Source of the DNA: Tubiluchus corallicola
Taxonomy: Eukaryota; Animalia; Priapulida
Reading direction: 5' to 3'
DNA: 64,000 nt
Assembly (NCBI GenBank): GCA_030141605.1
Contig: JAQGDQ010000171.1
Span: 248,001 to 312,000, forward strand
The position numbers and the translations under genes were made by a program. The notes under the pieces are model-generated. The model searched no databases. It was not told where the DNA came from and saw only the letters and a program-made list of their open reading frames with translations. Shown in pieces: positions 1-12,600 of this stretch. Each line of letters starts with the position of its first letter. The stretch's first letter is position 1.

Positions 1-329
1 ATGATGCGCAGAAAATGAACCTAATGAACAATATCCAGAAAACTAAAGCTGTAACTTATAGAAAATAAACGGAAATTCAGGGTCTAATTTTAGGTTTAAA
101 TGTTATGCAAGCACTCTAAAAATTACCGTTAATAAGTGCAGCTTGGGATTATGCTAAATACTAGTTTTCAGCCTATATCTTGGTACTATTAAAGCAATGG
201 CAGAGTTAACTACAATTGGGCGTTTGTCATTGTAGATATAAGACACATTGAGTGCTTTCTTGCAATTTTAGTAACTACATGTACTTAGCTCTATGGTCTT
301 AGGTGGAATTTATTGTTAACTGTGCAGAA

Positions 330-640
330 ACAGCTTTAGACCGGAGAGAGTTTTGTGCATCAGTACAGTAACGAGAAATTTTCCGAAAGTCAATAGTCAC
401 CAAAGATATGAGCTAGAAGGCTCTTTGTCTAGCAAGTCGTTTTCCATGATCTTCAAGAAAGAATCAGTATAGACTAAGTTCAGACTGGACCATGACATGT
501 TATCTGTCCACAAAAATCTGACAAAAATGACTTCAGAGAGGGAGTTTGGTAATCTTAACTTCAGAATTGGGCAAACTGAAAGCCAGCTGACCATATGGTT
601 AGAAATCTTCAAAAAGAAAGAAGGAGTCATATCTATGAGG
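330..640 (-). mobile_element. Highly decayed LINE reverse-transcriptase-like fragment
   Basis: Weak resemblance of PSFFLKISNHMV..., and of TIDFRK in a neighbouring frame, to CR1/L2-type RT pre-domain and DFxKAFD motifs. Confidence 0.25.
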
Positions 641-1764
641 TAGGCATGAGAAAATCATCTAAGACTTAAAAAATGTTGAAGAAAAATAATGCACTTCTGT
701 TATTCCAATTAGTGAATTCTATATATTATATTTAGTTGCTTTTTTTTAGTTTGAAGTTAGAGTTTTGCCCTAGATACGAAGACGAGATACGATGTTTGTG
801 TTCGAAAAGAAATGCAACTAAACGTAACTTATGTCAATACGAAATATGCAAAAATTCAGTAACGGAAAACAACTATTTCGTGCAGATTTTCCGAAGAAGA
901 ATGCATTTCCTGTTAGATACGGACATAGATAATTGGTAAGCTGTTTTCATTTTCAATTTCGTTGGCAAAAAAATTACACTTGTTTTTGGAAAAAGTGGCA
1001 AATACCTTGAACAAAATTTTCTCGCAACCGAAAAAAGTTAAAAATGTAAAATTAATGTTTAGACATAATGAGCAAACCAATTTTTAAATGTTTATGAACG
1101 GTTAGTACAGTATCATAATTAATTAGTTATACATGGTAAATGCTTTCCTATATGCTTCTTCGTCGATAATAAAAGGCAAAGTTGGACTAGTACTTAATGG
1201 ATGTAGTTCAGTGAAAAACTGTTGAAGCGATTTCTCTGCTATTAGAATCTTTGCTTTATCAAAATAATTGGGCATTTACTCCAGCGTTCTTGGTTCAAAT
1301 CAAAGCTCATTCGTTACCCTTTCTCATTTTCGCTCTTTCCACCTTAAAGTTTTGTTAAACATGTTTTTTTTTCTGAAAATCATCTGTTTTTCATTGCATT
1401 TGATGTTTTTTTATTTCAATGCTCTATAGTTCCGTAAAATTTAACAGTGAAAAAGTTACTCATGGAAAAAACTATATTTGTATTTTTGACAAAAATAAAT
1501 TACAAATAATTTGCGCTATAGATTTTTAGCTGGGACTACCATGTTGAAGATGATAAAAGTCTAAAACCCATGAAAGTGCTCTACAGCGCAGGCGCAGAAG
1601 GTACTACGATCTACAATACGATTATTGTTTAGCGAAAGTTGGTTGTTGTAATTATTACCGTAGCAGCGTGTCTATCGCTGGGTGATCATAACCCCGTGGC
1701 ACCAGCGAATATCGCACGGCTGAAAAATAACATCTTAGCGATGGGATAAAATATGGAGAGCTGT

Positions 1765-1915
1765 CACGTGGTGGGGGGCGGGTCATCTATGGAACATCGA
1801 CATATATAAGTTTTACCTTTATATTTTTGCTTGTTTAGTTTACATTGATGTGGTAACAAAGATATGTTGTCTCGTCTTGTCTTTGTTGTGTTTAATTAAC
1901 GGCCAAACTATCGGT
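1765..1915 (+). promoter_or_regulatory. Putative core promoter and non-coding first exon of the ZP-domain gene
   Basis: CACGTG E-box 1765-1770, GGGGCGG GC-box ~1775-1781, TATATAAG 1803-1810, Inr-like TTAGTT ~30 nt downstream, and a splice donor G|GTAAGC at 1913/1914. The first coding exon of the ZP gene begins at an acceptor (9648-9649), so an upstream exon is needed. Linking this exon to it is inference. Confidence 0.35.
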
Positions 1916-3384
1916 AAGCAAAGATTTAAATTAGCGTTATTATGTGAGTCTATTGTGCAATGATCTATGTGTTATGAAACGTATGTATCTAGTGCAAAAT
2001 TTAAAATTTAAAAAGTGCTTTTCAAAAAAACACGAACGAGTGCCATTAATTGACCAAATTAAGTAGCAATTACCTATTGGCAATTAACGATTTTGTTTCT
2101 CAGCCGCATTGCTCTTAATTAATCAGCTGGATTAAATTGTTGGCCATTAATTTCCTGATTAAACTAACAGAAGGGTGGAGAAAATTAGCTTGTATGGAGT
2201 ATAAATCACTTTGGGTTAGTAAATGTCTGTTTGCAACATTTTAATCAGCTTATAAAGGAATTACTTACATTTTAAGCTTGCTTGTAAACTGATTGTGCAG
2301 TATATAATCAAACTGGTATTTAATACGCATATCTTGAATGCAACTAAGCGGTAATATCAAGACAACTGAAGCATCACTGTGTTCACCTGCAAATCTTAAG
2401 CGAATTTGGAACGATATTTGGTTGATAACGAGGCATTATAACTTCTATTATTGCTAATATTTGCTCAGATAATGTTCCGTGGGTTGCTGGTTCGTTTCAT
2501 GTTGCATTTACTTCACATTTTGTTTGTTCTGGGAAATAGTTAAGGTTCTTTGCAGTTGCACTTTACTTGGATACTGGATTCTCTTACATTGGATATCACT
2601 GGGTTATCTGTAAGAAAGCGAAAAAGCTTGTTGCTAAACTATTTGTGCGGATAAGCAGCTTGGCTGTCGTCAACTCATCACACTTCTGATTTTAGCTGTT
2701 GGTAAAAAACGAGTATTTTTTCACAAACCCACAAGGGCTTTACATTAAGAATACTATAAAAACCCTTTTGGACCGCTAATCATTATTGCCATTATAGAAC
2801 CTGTTACTAGCTTTACGCAATCGTTTCATTGCGCACAAAAATTTGCTGTTTCTCGATTGTGACTGGTACACGCGTCATGAAATTACAGTGTTTAGATGCT
2901 GTTCTTCAAAATGCCAATTTGCAATTTCCTGCCTACATGATTACAGACTTCACTGCCTTGTGCATGACTTGTCGTACGTCGTTCTATTTGTATATTGATG
3001 AATGGAACTGATGCGAACTAATCTGACGATTCTAGCTTCAAACTGGATCAAACCGATAAATCTAATGCCGATTATAAGCGATAAATCTGTGCCGATACCG
3101 ATAACCTGCAACTGCAAATCAGATTTAAATACAGATCAAATTCTTAGATTTTAAAGGTTACTTGCAAATCTTCGTTAATTGTGGTTACACTCTTGTGCCA
3201 ATTTTTATTGAAGCATTGTCGTAAAGTCATCGTCGACTTATTTTTCCAATTATTGCTGCTACAACAACATGCAATTCAGCCGCTTGCATTACCAACATCT
3301 TACATAATCCAACAGTTTTGTAAACAATAAACATTTTTGCATGTATTTGAGTTTCTACTTCTCTCTTATATAGTAGTCTGATAC

Positions 3385-3617
3385 CATTACTATGACTACC
3401 ACTACTACTTCTACTAACACTACTACTATCAGTACCACTACTAACACTACCACTACTACTATCAGTACCACTACTACTACTACTACCACTACCACTACTA
3501 ACACTACCACTACTACTATCAGTACCACTACTACTACCACTACTACTACTGCTGCTGCTGCTACTGGTACTACTACTGCTGCTGCTACTAGTGCTACTAC
3601 TACTATCAGTACCACTA
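3385..3617. repeat. (ACT)n-type trinucleotide microsatellite
   Basis: Interrupted ACT/ACC/GCT runs. Confidence 0.95.
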
Positions 3618-5856
3618 CCTTTTCACTTTTTCTGTTTTCAAGTTTGAAATTGAGATGATTGTTGGTAAAGTTGTACCATCAAAAGAACTCAGTAAGTGTT
3701 GGAACAATCAGGTTTATCTATGGAAATTCTAACTTCCTGGTTTAAAAAATCATCATTATGCGTTGTATAAGCAGCTAAGTGTCTGCGCTATAACGAATTT
3801 ATATTAAAATAATCAAAATTCAAATTTATTAGTTCCGTGAAAAAAACAATTTATAAACGTTAAACATAAATATCACACCTGCATGCACGTTTAAATGTGT
3901 TCACGAAACGTGTGAAGTACTGGAAATTATGGGTGTTTCATTTTTATTTTGTACTCTATAGATGAATGAACAGCAAGCGGAAGTGCTCAGCATACTACTT
4001 TATAGCGTGATCTAAACATCAATAAACATAACAATTGTATGTCAGTGTTACAAAATAATCGATGTTAATGTACATGCTATTTTTACTAGTGTAAATAACA
4101 ACACATTCAAAGTATTAATTCAAAATCTAGGACACCTTTATACCACTACGTAACGTCGCTAACATGATACTGTGTTTCATAAAGGGAAAAACGATTTTTC
4201 GCTAAATTTGCTTAAAAACGTTGGAGCAACAGAAATCAAAAATAGTAGGTGATGATAATGATACATAATTAGCAAAGAATTTCACAGGTACAGAGTTTGA
4301 GCTACGTGCACTAAAGGGCTATTTATTTTTCTTCTCATTCTTTTAATTCACTGCGCACTGCCTGGCGTTATAACGGGGGTAATTCGATTATGTAAAATTA
4401 GACGTTTAGCACATCAAATGCGTTGGCGGATGGTGGTAGGCGAGGTTGGCGGTTTTCGGAGGCGGTCATTGAGACTACTTCACAGTTCGACGCAAGTCTT
4501 CAGATTTGACATCCGATCGTCTTCTTTCTTGTACATTATTCTGGAATTTGGTGTTTTGTTTATCGGTTTTGCGTGTATAATTAAATCACGCTTGTATAGT
4601 TAAATCATAGTAGTAAAAATATTTTCTTGAAACTCACACTGGTGAAAATGGTTAAGGGGTACGAAAGCGTACTTAGCTAGTAAGTGGTTAGGAACCACTG
4701 GTTTAGATGAATGTTCTAAAAAAATCAGCCACGAAATCTAAATCCTTGGCTTTGGGAGGGCCTTGAATTGACGAAAGGAACTGCCGAGAAGCTTCTATTC
4801 TGTGTAAAGAATTTTGTCTGTAAAGCTACAAAAACTTGCCATTCTAAGTTCACTTTTCCCTTTTCTAGACCGGTAAGCTCAGAAAAAGCACTCTTGTACG
4901 TTTCTGTAATAATTAACGATCTGCAAAGCACGACAGAAAACTTGCCCCCGCTACTGTAGTATAATATCGTAGTATTAGAACTGCATCAAATAATAAACGA
5001 AAGCATGGTATGTAGTGGACATATCAAGCGTGTTTTTTTTCAGAAGCACCCAGTATGTGTTTCTAGCACAGTTTACAGAATAAAAATGAGTAATTAGGGT
5101 TAATTGTTTCGTAAATGTTCACGTATTTGTTTGTTCTGTACAAGTAATTGGGCCAATTTTTAAGAACTACGCAAACTTGACCTTTGATTGTGCAGCTATT
5201 TGCCTATCGTAACACACATAATTAAGCAATAGATTTTTGCTTGGATACAATTTTGCGTTACAGATAACAAAAGGCTTCAGTTCACCGTGTATGCTTAGTC
5301 CATAAATGACAGATAATAAGGCTTTTGTTTAACGTGCGAAGCTTTCAAATACGTGATTCTTATATTTGTTATAGAGATGTGCAAAAGTTAGACCTTTAGG
5401 CATTCTATATAATATCTGCACAAGTATAAAACATTTTTGCTATGACACGTTCACACTTTTCGTAGACAGTTTGAATAACAGGTAGGGTCTATATCAAATA
5501 TCTAAAGTGACAAATAGGCAAAGTGTAAAAAGAACATAATTCATGTTGAATTCAACTTTTCCTGCATGTTTTGTACAACACATGGCCGATAAAGTACAAT
5601 TCATCAATAATTGGAGAATATAAAAAACGCGTAACATTCTAGGTTCATAAATTCATCATAATATAAGTGTCCATACAATAAAAAAATATACGACTGGTAC
5701 GGAAACTTACATGGCAAAAAAGTAGCAAAAAGTATCAAAAAGTATTAAAATTCACAACATTTCTTAAGTCACCATCATGTCATCATGTAGATGAATTTGT
5801 AGATATGTAATGTAGTATTTTAATGTTTTTGCACACACATTCGTCTGTTACTGACT

Positions 5857-5859
<3 letters not shown>

Positions 5860-5901
<42 letters not shown>

Positions 5902-5970
5902 CGTGCGTGCGTGAATGCGCGTGTGTGTGTGTGCGTGTGTGTGTGCGTGCGTGTGTATGTGTGTGTGTGT
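5860..5970. repeat. (GT)n / (GCGT)n microsatellite
   Basis: Directly visible. Confidence 0.95.
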
Positions 5971-6312
5971 ATTTATTGTATAGAATGCATTAAAAGACTC
6001 GGTTAATGTTTTAAATAAGTGAACCACTGAGTTAATTGTTTTAATGACGCCTACAAATCTGCTAGTGAAAAGAAAAATATAACTGAATGGTTTTATGTAG
6101 CAAGTGTAAAATCATTCTTTCTTATAAATGTGAATTATGCTATCGGTTTTATTTATGCTACTATATAGTACTTTTAAGCGGACTGTGCACTCTTCATTGT
6201 CTAAACTTGATCCCACACGTAAACCATTCACGTATTGATGACGTTGAAGTTTTGTTGGCATTTTACGATATTTAAGAGCGTTGAAAACGTTACAAACCAT
6301 GAACCTAAAGTT

Positions 6313-6534
6313 CTAATTGTTTCCTAAATCATTCTTGATTATATTTGTCGGTTGTAAAAGCTTTATATTTATAGTTTTATTATTTGTATGGTAAACTAAA
6401 GCATATTCTACTCTACTCTCACTCCTGACGAATACATCAAACAAAATATACAGTGCATATTCTAGTGTTCTAATAGTGGGAAGGTATTTTATAATGTTTA
6501 CAGGTAAACTCCAATTTCTCGTCTTCTCGGTCAT
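6313..6534 (-). mobile_element. Decayed LINE RT C-terminal fragment
   Basis: LYILFDVFVRSESRVEYALVY...NIKLLQ resembles the LY+xxIRPxxEYA...xxLQ motif of non-LTR RT thumb regions. Confidence 0.3.
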
Positions 6535-6984
6535 GTAATCTGTAAACTCCCTTTCATCATTTGTCTATAGAGACCTAGCTGTTATTCGTGCGCACTGATA
6601 AAAGTTTAATAACGCTACGACTATTGATTTAAAATTGAGAATATTTTGGCAAAACATTTCAGCTTGCAGGTATTGTTGTTTCATAATATTGTTCATTTGC
6701 AAAAGTTCATTTGTCCACGTGGGGATGATAATGTATTGCTTTAACCAATAGATCTAGTCAATGTCCTTTATGTATTCTTTTTCTAAATAAACCTATTGAC
6801 CAGAAAGATTTAGCACTTTAGCCAAGAAATTAACAAGTTGAAGTCTTGTTCAGGACAGAGAGCCTGTTGTACATTTTCTGGCGGAAGGGAGCTGTTTTAA
6901 TTCTTGAAAGTAAACAAAGTCATGTACGGAAGTCTGTTGTAAGCCCAGGCAATCTAACCAATGTTGTATGTTCATATATGCAGT

Positions 6985-7265
6985 ATAACATAGTGCTGCC
7001 GGTATCAACCGCATCAGTCACAGCATACCTATTACGACTTTTGGTTGCGGCAGAACCGAAGACCACATCATTGCCAAGGATATTTCTCTTAGATTAAAAA
7101 CTGAACCAACAGAAGAACCAACCAACTGGTCGCATTCTGGTGCACATACATCTCGCTGAACTTATAACCGTTGTCGCAGGCGATCACCCATCCGTTTACT
7201 AACTAGGCTCGATGCAGTTTGACTATCGTAGCCAAGTAGCCACCGTGACTACTCGGCTGGTTACC
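6985..7265 (-). mobile_element. SINE with a 5S rRNA-derived segment (SINE3-like), decayed
   Basis: Minus strand 7228-7177 reads ...gcatcgagcctagttagtaaacggatgggtgatcgcctg, colinear with the 5S rRNA internal control region ...ggtcgggcctggttagtacttggatgggagaccgcctg. The flanks are not 5S. Boundaries are approximate. Confidence 0.5.
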
Positions 7266-7419
7266 GATTATTAGAGGTTAAATACATTTTCATTGGTGAT
7301 TATAATGTCCACTGTCAATTATAATTATGTAAAGAACTAATCAGACGCTAAAAATAAACGAAAGCGCGAAATCTAAACATACGATGGCTCATTTATGAAC
7401 GTAGTCAAAACAAAAGCAA

Positions 7420-7585
7420 ATTTATTATTTCGAAATTTAGGGTTACTAAATGAAAATTTCGAGAAACGAAGTTAAAATTTCGGCTTAATAACTCGAAATT
7501 CCGACTTAGTAAGGTTCTACTTACATTCTCGAAATTTCGTGTTACTAAATCAAAATTTCAAGATACAAAGTGAAAATGTCGACAG
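7420..7585. repeat. Degenerate ~21-bp minisatellite (tcgaaatttcg...ttactaa-like)
   Basis: Recurrent cgaaattt/aaaatttc + ttactaa units. A related unit occurs at ~8927-8955. Confidence 0.5.
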
Positions 7586-7742
7586 GTTTACAACTAATAA
7601 CTTTCAACAATGAATTTAGTGAGAAGATATCATATTGGCCTGTTACTGTTAAAAACCAAAAATGACCAAATTTCTTGTTTAATGCAACTTGGGAAACAAC
7701 TCTATTTAAACAATTTGCTCCGCTCGGCACCTCTAATACGGC

Positions 7743-8112
7743 AATAAGCCTTTTCACAGTTCCAGCGATTGATGATGATTGTGAAAAGGTCAAACGTTAA
7801 GTGTACCAGACAACGCGTTTGTGTACACTTGACAACGCCTCCCAGCCCATGCTATTGTAATAGAAACAGTTTTACCAGTTAGCTAGAACCTTACCTAGTT
7901 CATTTTTTCTTGTTCCCAAGCAAGATCCTGCTAGAAAAATCACTCTACGGACAGACTAATGCATAATTAACTAAAGTCCACAACTGAAGTTACTAAGCTG
8001 ATACGGCAGACGGTTTTTCTTTACCCACATGTAGACGCGTTGCTGTGGTACACTTAACCTTTGACCTACAGCAACTACGCGTGTCCGCAACGAAACTGTG
8101 AAAAGGCTTATT
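7743..8112. mobile_element. MITE family A, copy 1
   Basis: TIRs AATAAGCCTTTTCACAGTT...AACTGTGAAAAGGCTTATT; internal inverted repeat GGTCAAA(C)GTTAAGTGTACCA / TGGTACACTTAACCTTTGACC; second copy at 25593-25944. Confidence 0.85.
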
Positions 8113-9671
8113 GTGTGAATACTTACGCGAAGTCAAAATCTGTAGAGTCTTGTTAGATTTGAGGTCATTTGCGCTGTATGAGTAAAAAACGATGTTTTCT
8201 CTCTTGTTATTCTTGTTACTTGCACTCTATGTACGTCATAATATATATGCCTATGTTCTAAAATGATCAGGAAATTAGGAATATAACTTTCAAACCTTTC
8301 TCGGATTAACTTACAGTATCATTAATGTAGTCAGAACATTATAACTGGGATTTAACAATATCGCCTATCTGCATCACTAAATTTTGTGGCTCTTCCTACA
8401 AGTTAATTGTACTTGATCATGGTTTTCTTAGAGTGGCCGAAAATGACTGTTTTTCGCTTCATGGCTTTCCGGATGTCCTGAATCGAAAAATTAATCCCTG
8501 TCTTGCCAAGGGAGACTGAGACGATTCATTTAATATGCCACTTGTCGCAAGAGTGACTTGCGACGAAACGAGCGACTCAACTATTCAATAAATACGATCG
8601 TATAATTGACAAAATCGCTATGAAACAGAAACTGAAGAACACCAAACTCGCCCTCTTTCCGATTATTGGATCCATTATACCAGTAAAATGTGCGAATATT
8701 TTTTATGCTAACCACCTCCTATTTTATTCTCTTTTATGATGGCAACAGACTGGTACATAGTTATTAAAGAACCAGCTTATAATGAAGCAAAATACTTTTG
8801 GGTGCCTTCGCTAGAACTTAGATTCAAAGTCCCAAACAATTAACAGTCACATTGGTGAAGTTTTTGTTTATATTATCGACAGCTTTGTAGGTTTAAAATA
8901 CTCAGTAATTAGGGCTGTATATAGGGTTAGTAAGTCGAAATTTCGAGTTTTTACTATGTGCCTGAACGACAAGCCAATGTTTAAAAAAGATCCTAGTAAA
9001 TCGTCGAGATAAATCTTACGTAAACGCAGCGGTCTGAAAATAAGTAAAACCGTAGTTGGTAAAATACACTAATTTATTGTTAATTGCACAACCGAATAAA
9101 CTTGAAAGTTGGAATATTTTTATCTTTTGTTGTGCACGCGGAAGACTTTGGTATAATAAATGTCTTAAAGACCGAATTACCATACACCATGTATCAAGTT
9201 TTAAAAACCCGGTTTGAAATTATAGCAACTTATCCACCGCCTAATCCTTGATCCACCACCTAAGCCGTTTCAAACAGATTGAACTAGAAGCTACTTGTAT
9301 TCTGACGAAGGGCACAAAACAAGAAAGTCATCTAAAGTGGCCTAGTCAAGAAACTGGAGTTCATTTATTAAAGGTTTATTACCTCTTTCTCGTCATTTTA
9401 ATGATCAGATTTTGCAAAAAGTTATTGCTACACAGATAAGTGCATTGTCGCTCCGACTTTGGAAGTCAAAATCTCTTCTGTTTTTGCAAAAAATGAAAAT
9501 TGGTGTAGTTTTTGGCAAAGTTTGTGCAACGTCTTACCTATATCACGCTGTTACTACTACTATTACTAATATTGTTATTATTTGTGTTTCATTATGAATA
9601 TCATGATTAGTGAAAAGCAGTGATTTTATTTTATTTATTCTGTTTCTAGATCACAACCAGCTGAAGTTGTT

Positions 9672-12600
9672 ATGATAATTCGAGAATTTGCGGCAGCATT
9701 GTTCTGCTGCCTGGTAAGTATCTTTACCATACAGAATATTTAATTGCATTGACTAATCGAGTAACTTACTGACAGGCTGCCTGACTGACACTTTAATCAA
9801 CTTACAGAGCAACCGGCTAACTAACAAAAGAAAAAAGTTGTTGCAGCCTTATAATTTTCAAAGAAGAGCTATTTTATAGTCTGTCATTTTATTAAACGAC
9901 CATTCACCTCACTGGCCAACTGACCGACTAACTGACTGACACTGAGCACGCTATAACTATTTTATACTAATTTGAGTGAAATTGAAAAATAAACAAATAT
10001 TAATGTTGATCGAGTTGCTACAAAAAATTGTTTTCAAATCTAAGCACTAACGAGGCAAAATTTTCCAGGTTGCCAAAACGTCGGGATTCTCTTTTGGCTA
10101 CAGTTCAGGATACGGTGGTGGAGGCTACAGCGGAGCTGGGGGTTATGGTGGGGGAGGTAGTCATGGAGGACATAGTGGAGGGTATGGGGGAGGAGGATAT
10201 GGTGCAGGGGGTTATGGGCTGAGCTATTCAGGTGGATATGGGGGTTATTCTGGAGGGCACGGTGGGGGCTATGGAGGACATGGTGGGGGCCATGGGGGTC
10301 ACGGAGGAGGTCACGGAGGCCATGGAGGATATGGCTATCAGCCCTTGTATTACTATGGCTATCTTCATAAGCACACGACTACGACGCATGCACCGTATGT
10401 ATACTTCAGACGTCACACTGTTCCATACGAGGACCTGTACGAGTCAACGTACACCGACCATTACGTGTTTCACACCCCAAGTCCATGCTACGGATATGGG
10501 TGCAAAAAAGGTGACAGTTACGGGTACGGCGGTAGTGGCGGACATCAAGGCGACTCATACGGTTATGGATCCAGCGGTTATGGCGGTCATGGCCGAACTG
10601 GTTATGGTTCTGATGGGTACGGAGGCTACGGTTCGGACTATGGAGGTCATGGCGGGTATGGCAGGACAGATTATCTTGACGGTTACGGTGATACTGGGTA
10701 CAGCAGCGGAGGAAGCAGTTACGAACACAATTCTGTTAACAGAGGATATGGTCAGAACTCGTACGGCCAAAGCAGCGGATACGGCAAAGAATCTCATTCG
10801 TCTAACAGCTACGAATCAAACGAAATAACAGGTACCTAATTTGACCAAAGATTAAATGCACGACATTTTTTAAACAAACGACGCTAAAACTCTAGAGATT
10901 ATTTTGCATTTATCAGTTTACGAGAGTAATGTAGGAATAAGTACTATACTCGCAACCAACTGTGTGATGACCAGCCGTAAATATTTTAAGTTCAGTTAAC
11001 ATTGGCACAAGCATACCTAGTGCTGCTAAGGATCATAGCACGCAATAAACCTGTCACATTGCTGAGATCAAAGATCAAAGTTACAAATTTCAATGTCAGA
11101 GCTGTAATTTCTATAGCAAACAAAAGATGTGTCCTCAACGAGCTTGAAGGACAAATTAAAGGATCACAGCAAGGTACAAGGTTACTAAATTTCGTGTGTG
11201 TCGAAGACAGGTGATAAAAAATAAACTTATTTTTGGTAAAGGGACCGTTACGTGCTATACCCCGATTGGCCTTGTTTTAGCGATATATACAAAAAATACA
11301 CCGGAACTGTGGATTTTTCAGTCAACAGCCCAGAAAAAATTTGTAGATGTCAGATAGCGGTTATGTCAGAACTGGTTATGGTTCTGATTAGTAGGAAAGC
11401 TACGGCCGAATTGGCCACGCTAAAGAGACAGATTATAAATTTAGGGAAACTCTAACAACTAATAATTAGTTGTACACATTAACGTACAATGTGTCAACCA
11501 AAACTCTAAATGTTTTAGATATCAAAACAACATGCGATGGACATTATAAAACATTACGAATTGATCTGACTTTCAAAAGTGGTTTCTACGGTAAGATATT
11601 CGCGAAAGGCTACTACGGAGTGGAGAGATGCTCGGCCCAAGGTGATGGCTCTTATCATCTTAGTTTCACACTTCCTCTGGATGGATGTGGTACACAAGAA
11701 TCAATTGATGTTGATAGGGTAAGCATTTCACAAACATTTAGAATAAGTTAAATTACTAGATCAAAAATCGTGCGTTTTATACCTTTGTGTGTAATGATAA
11801 GTCACCCTTTTCGAATAAAATAATAGTTTTCGGTTATCTCATTTCATACTTACGAGTCTTCTTATGTTCTCTTTTTGTTACTTGAGCATTTAATGCGGGT
11901 ATAAAATGATTCATAATGTCATAGAGAAATACGCTCTCCGTTCGTTGAGCTTCAGTTTCAACGATTACTTGTCAGGAGTACAACGTTTGTTAGTTTGTTG
12001 TACGCTCTTATATACGTAGTGATCTTTATCCTTCAAAAGGCCAGATTTACCATTATGATGTATTTGCCATTAGTTGTTTCATAACTCATAGATTTCCTTC
12101 CAAAAGTCTCTTCAAGTCTTTTTTAAGTTCAACTTCACCAATAAGGCTTTTAAAAAAATTTCAGTCTTCTGGTTATGGTGGTTATAGTAGTGGATACCAG
12201 CATAAGTACACATACAAGAACACGTTAGTTGTAATGGAACACAGTGGATACGGATACGGTGTTCTTGAAGCAAAGGATCGAGCCTATTCTGTCTACTGTA
12301 CCATTGAGGACAAGAATCAGAACCAGTACCAGCAACCTACAACTCAAAGCTACGGGTATTGTATAATGCCTTAGTTTTCTACCGTGTACAGCTGTGCACA
12401 TGTTGCTCAATAACATTGAGACTATAAACAGTAGGAGCATCAATTTTATTAAACCAAACTTTACTCATTTTTATATTTGCCCTTCGGAGTGTAAATTGAA
12501 GAAAATTTTTACCTGCTTTGTGCGAAGTATTACAAATCTTCAAAGAGTAACACATTTAATTATTTTTTGTGTCTTTTAAGTCATTTAGATTGTGTAAAGA

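Noticed and set aside
10028-10828. Met/Val/Glu-rich ORFs 10028-10222 and 10232-10828 with an apparent in-frame TGA (readthrough or selenocysteine?)
   Set aside because: These are off-frame translations of the Gly/Tyr exon; the true frame (10069-10831) is fully open.
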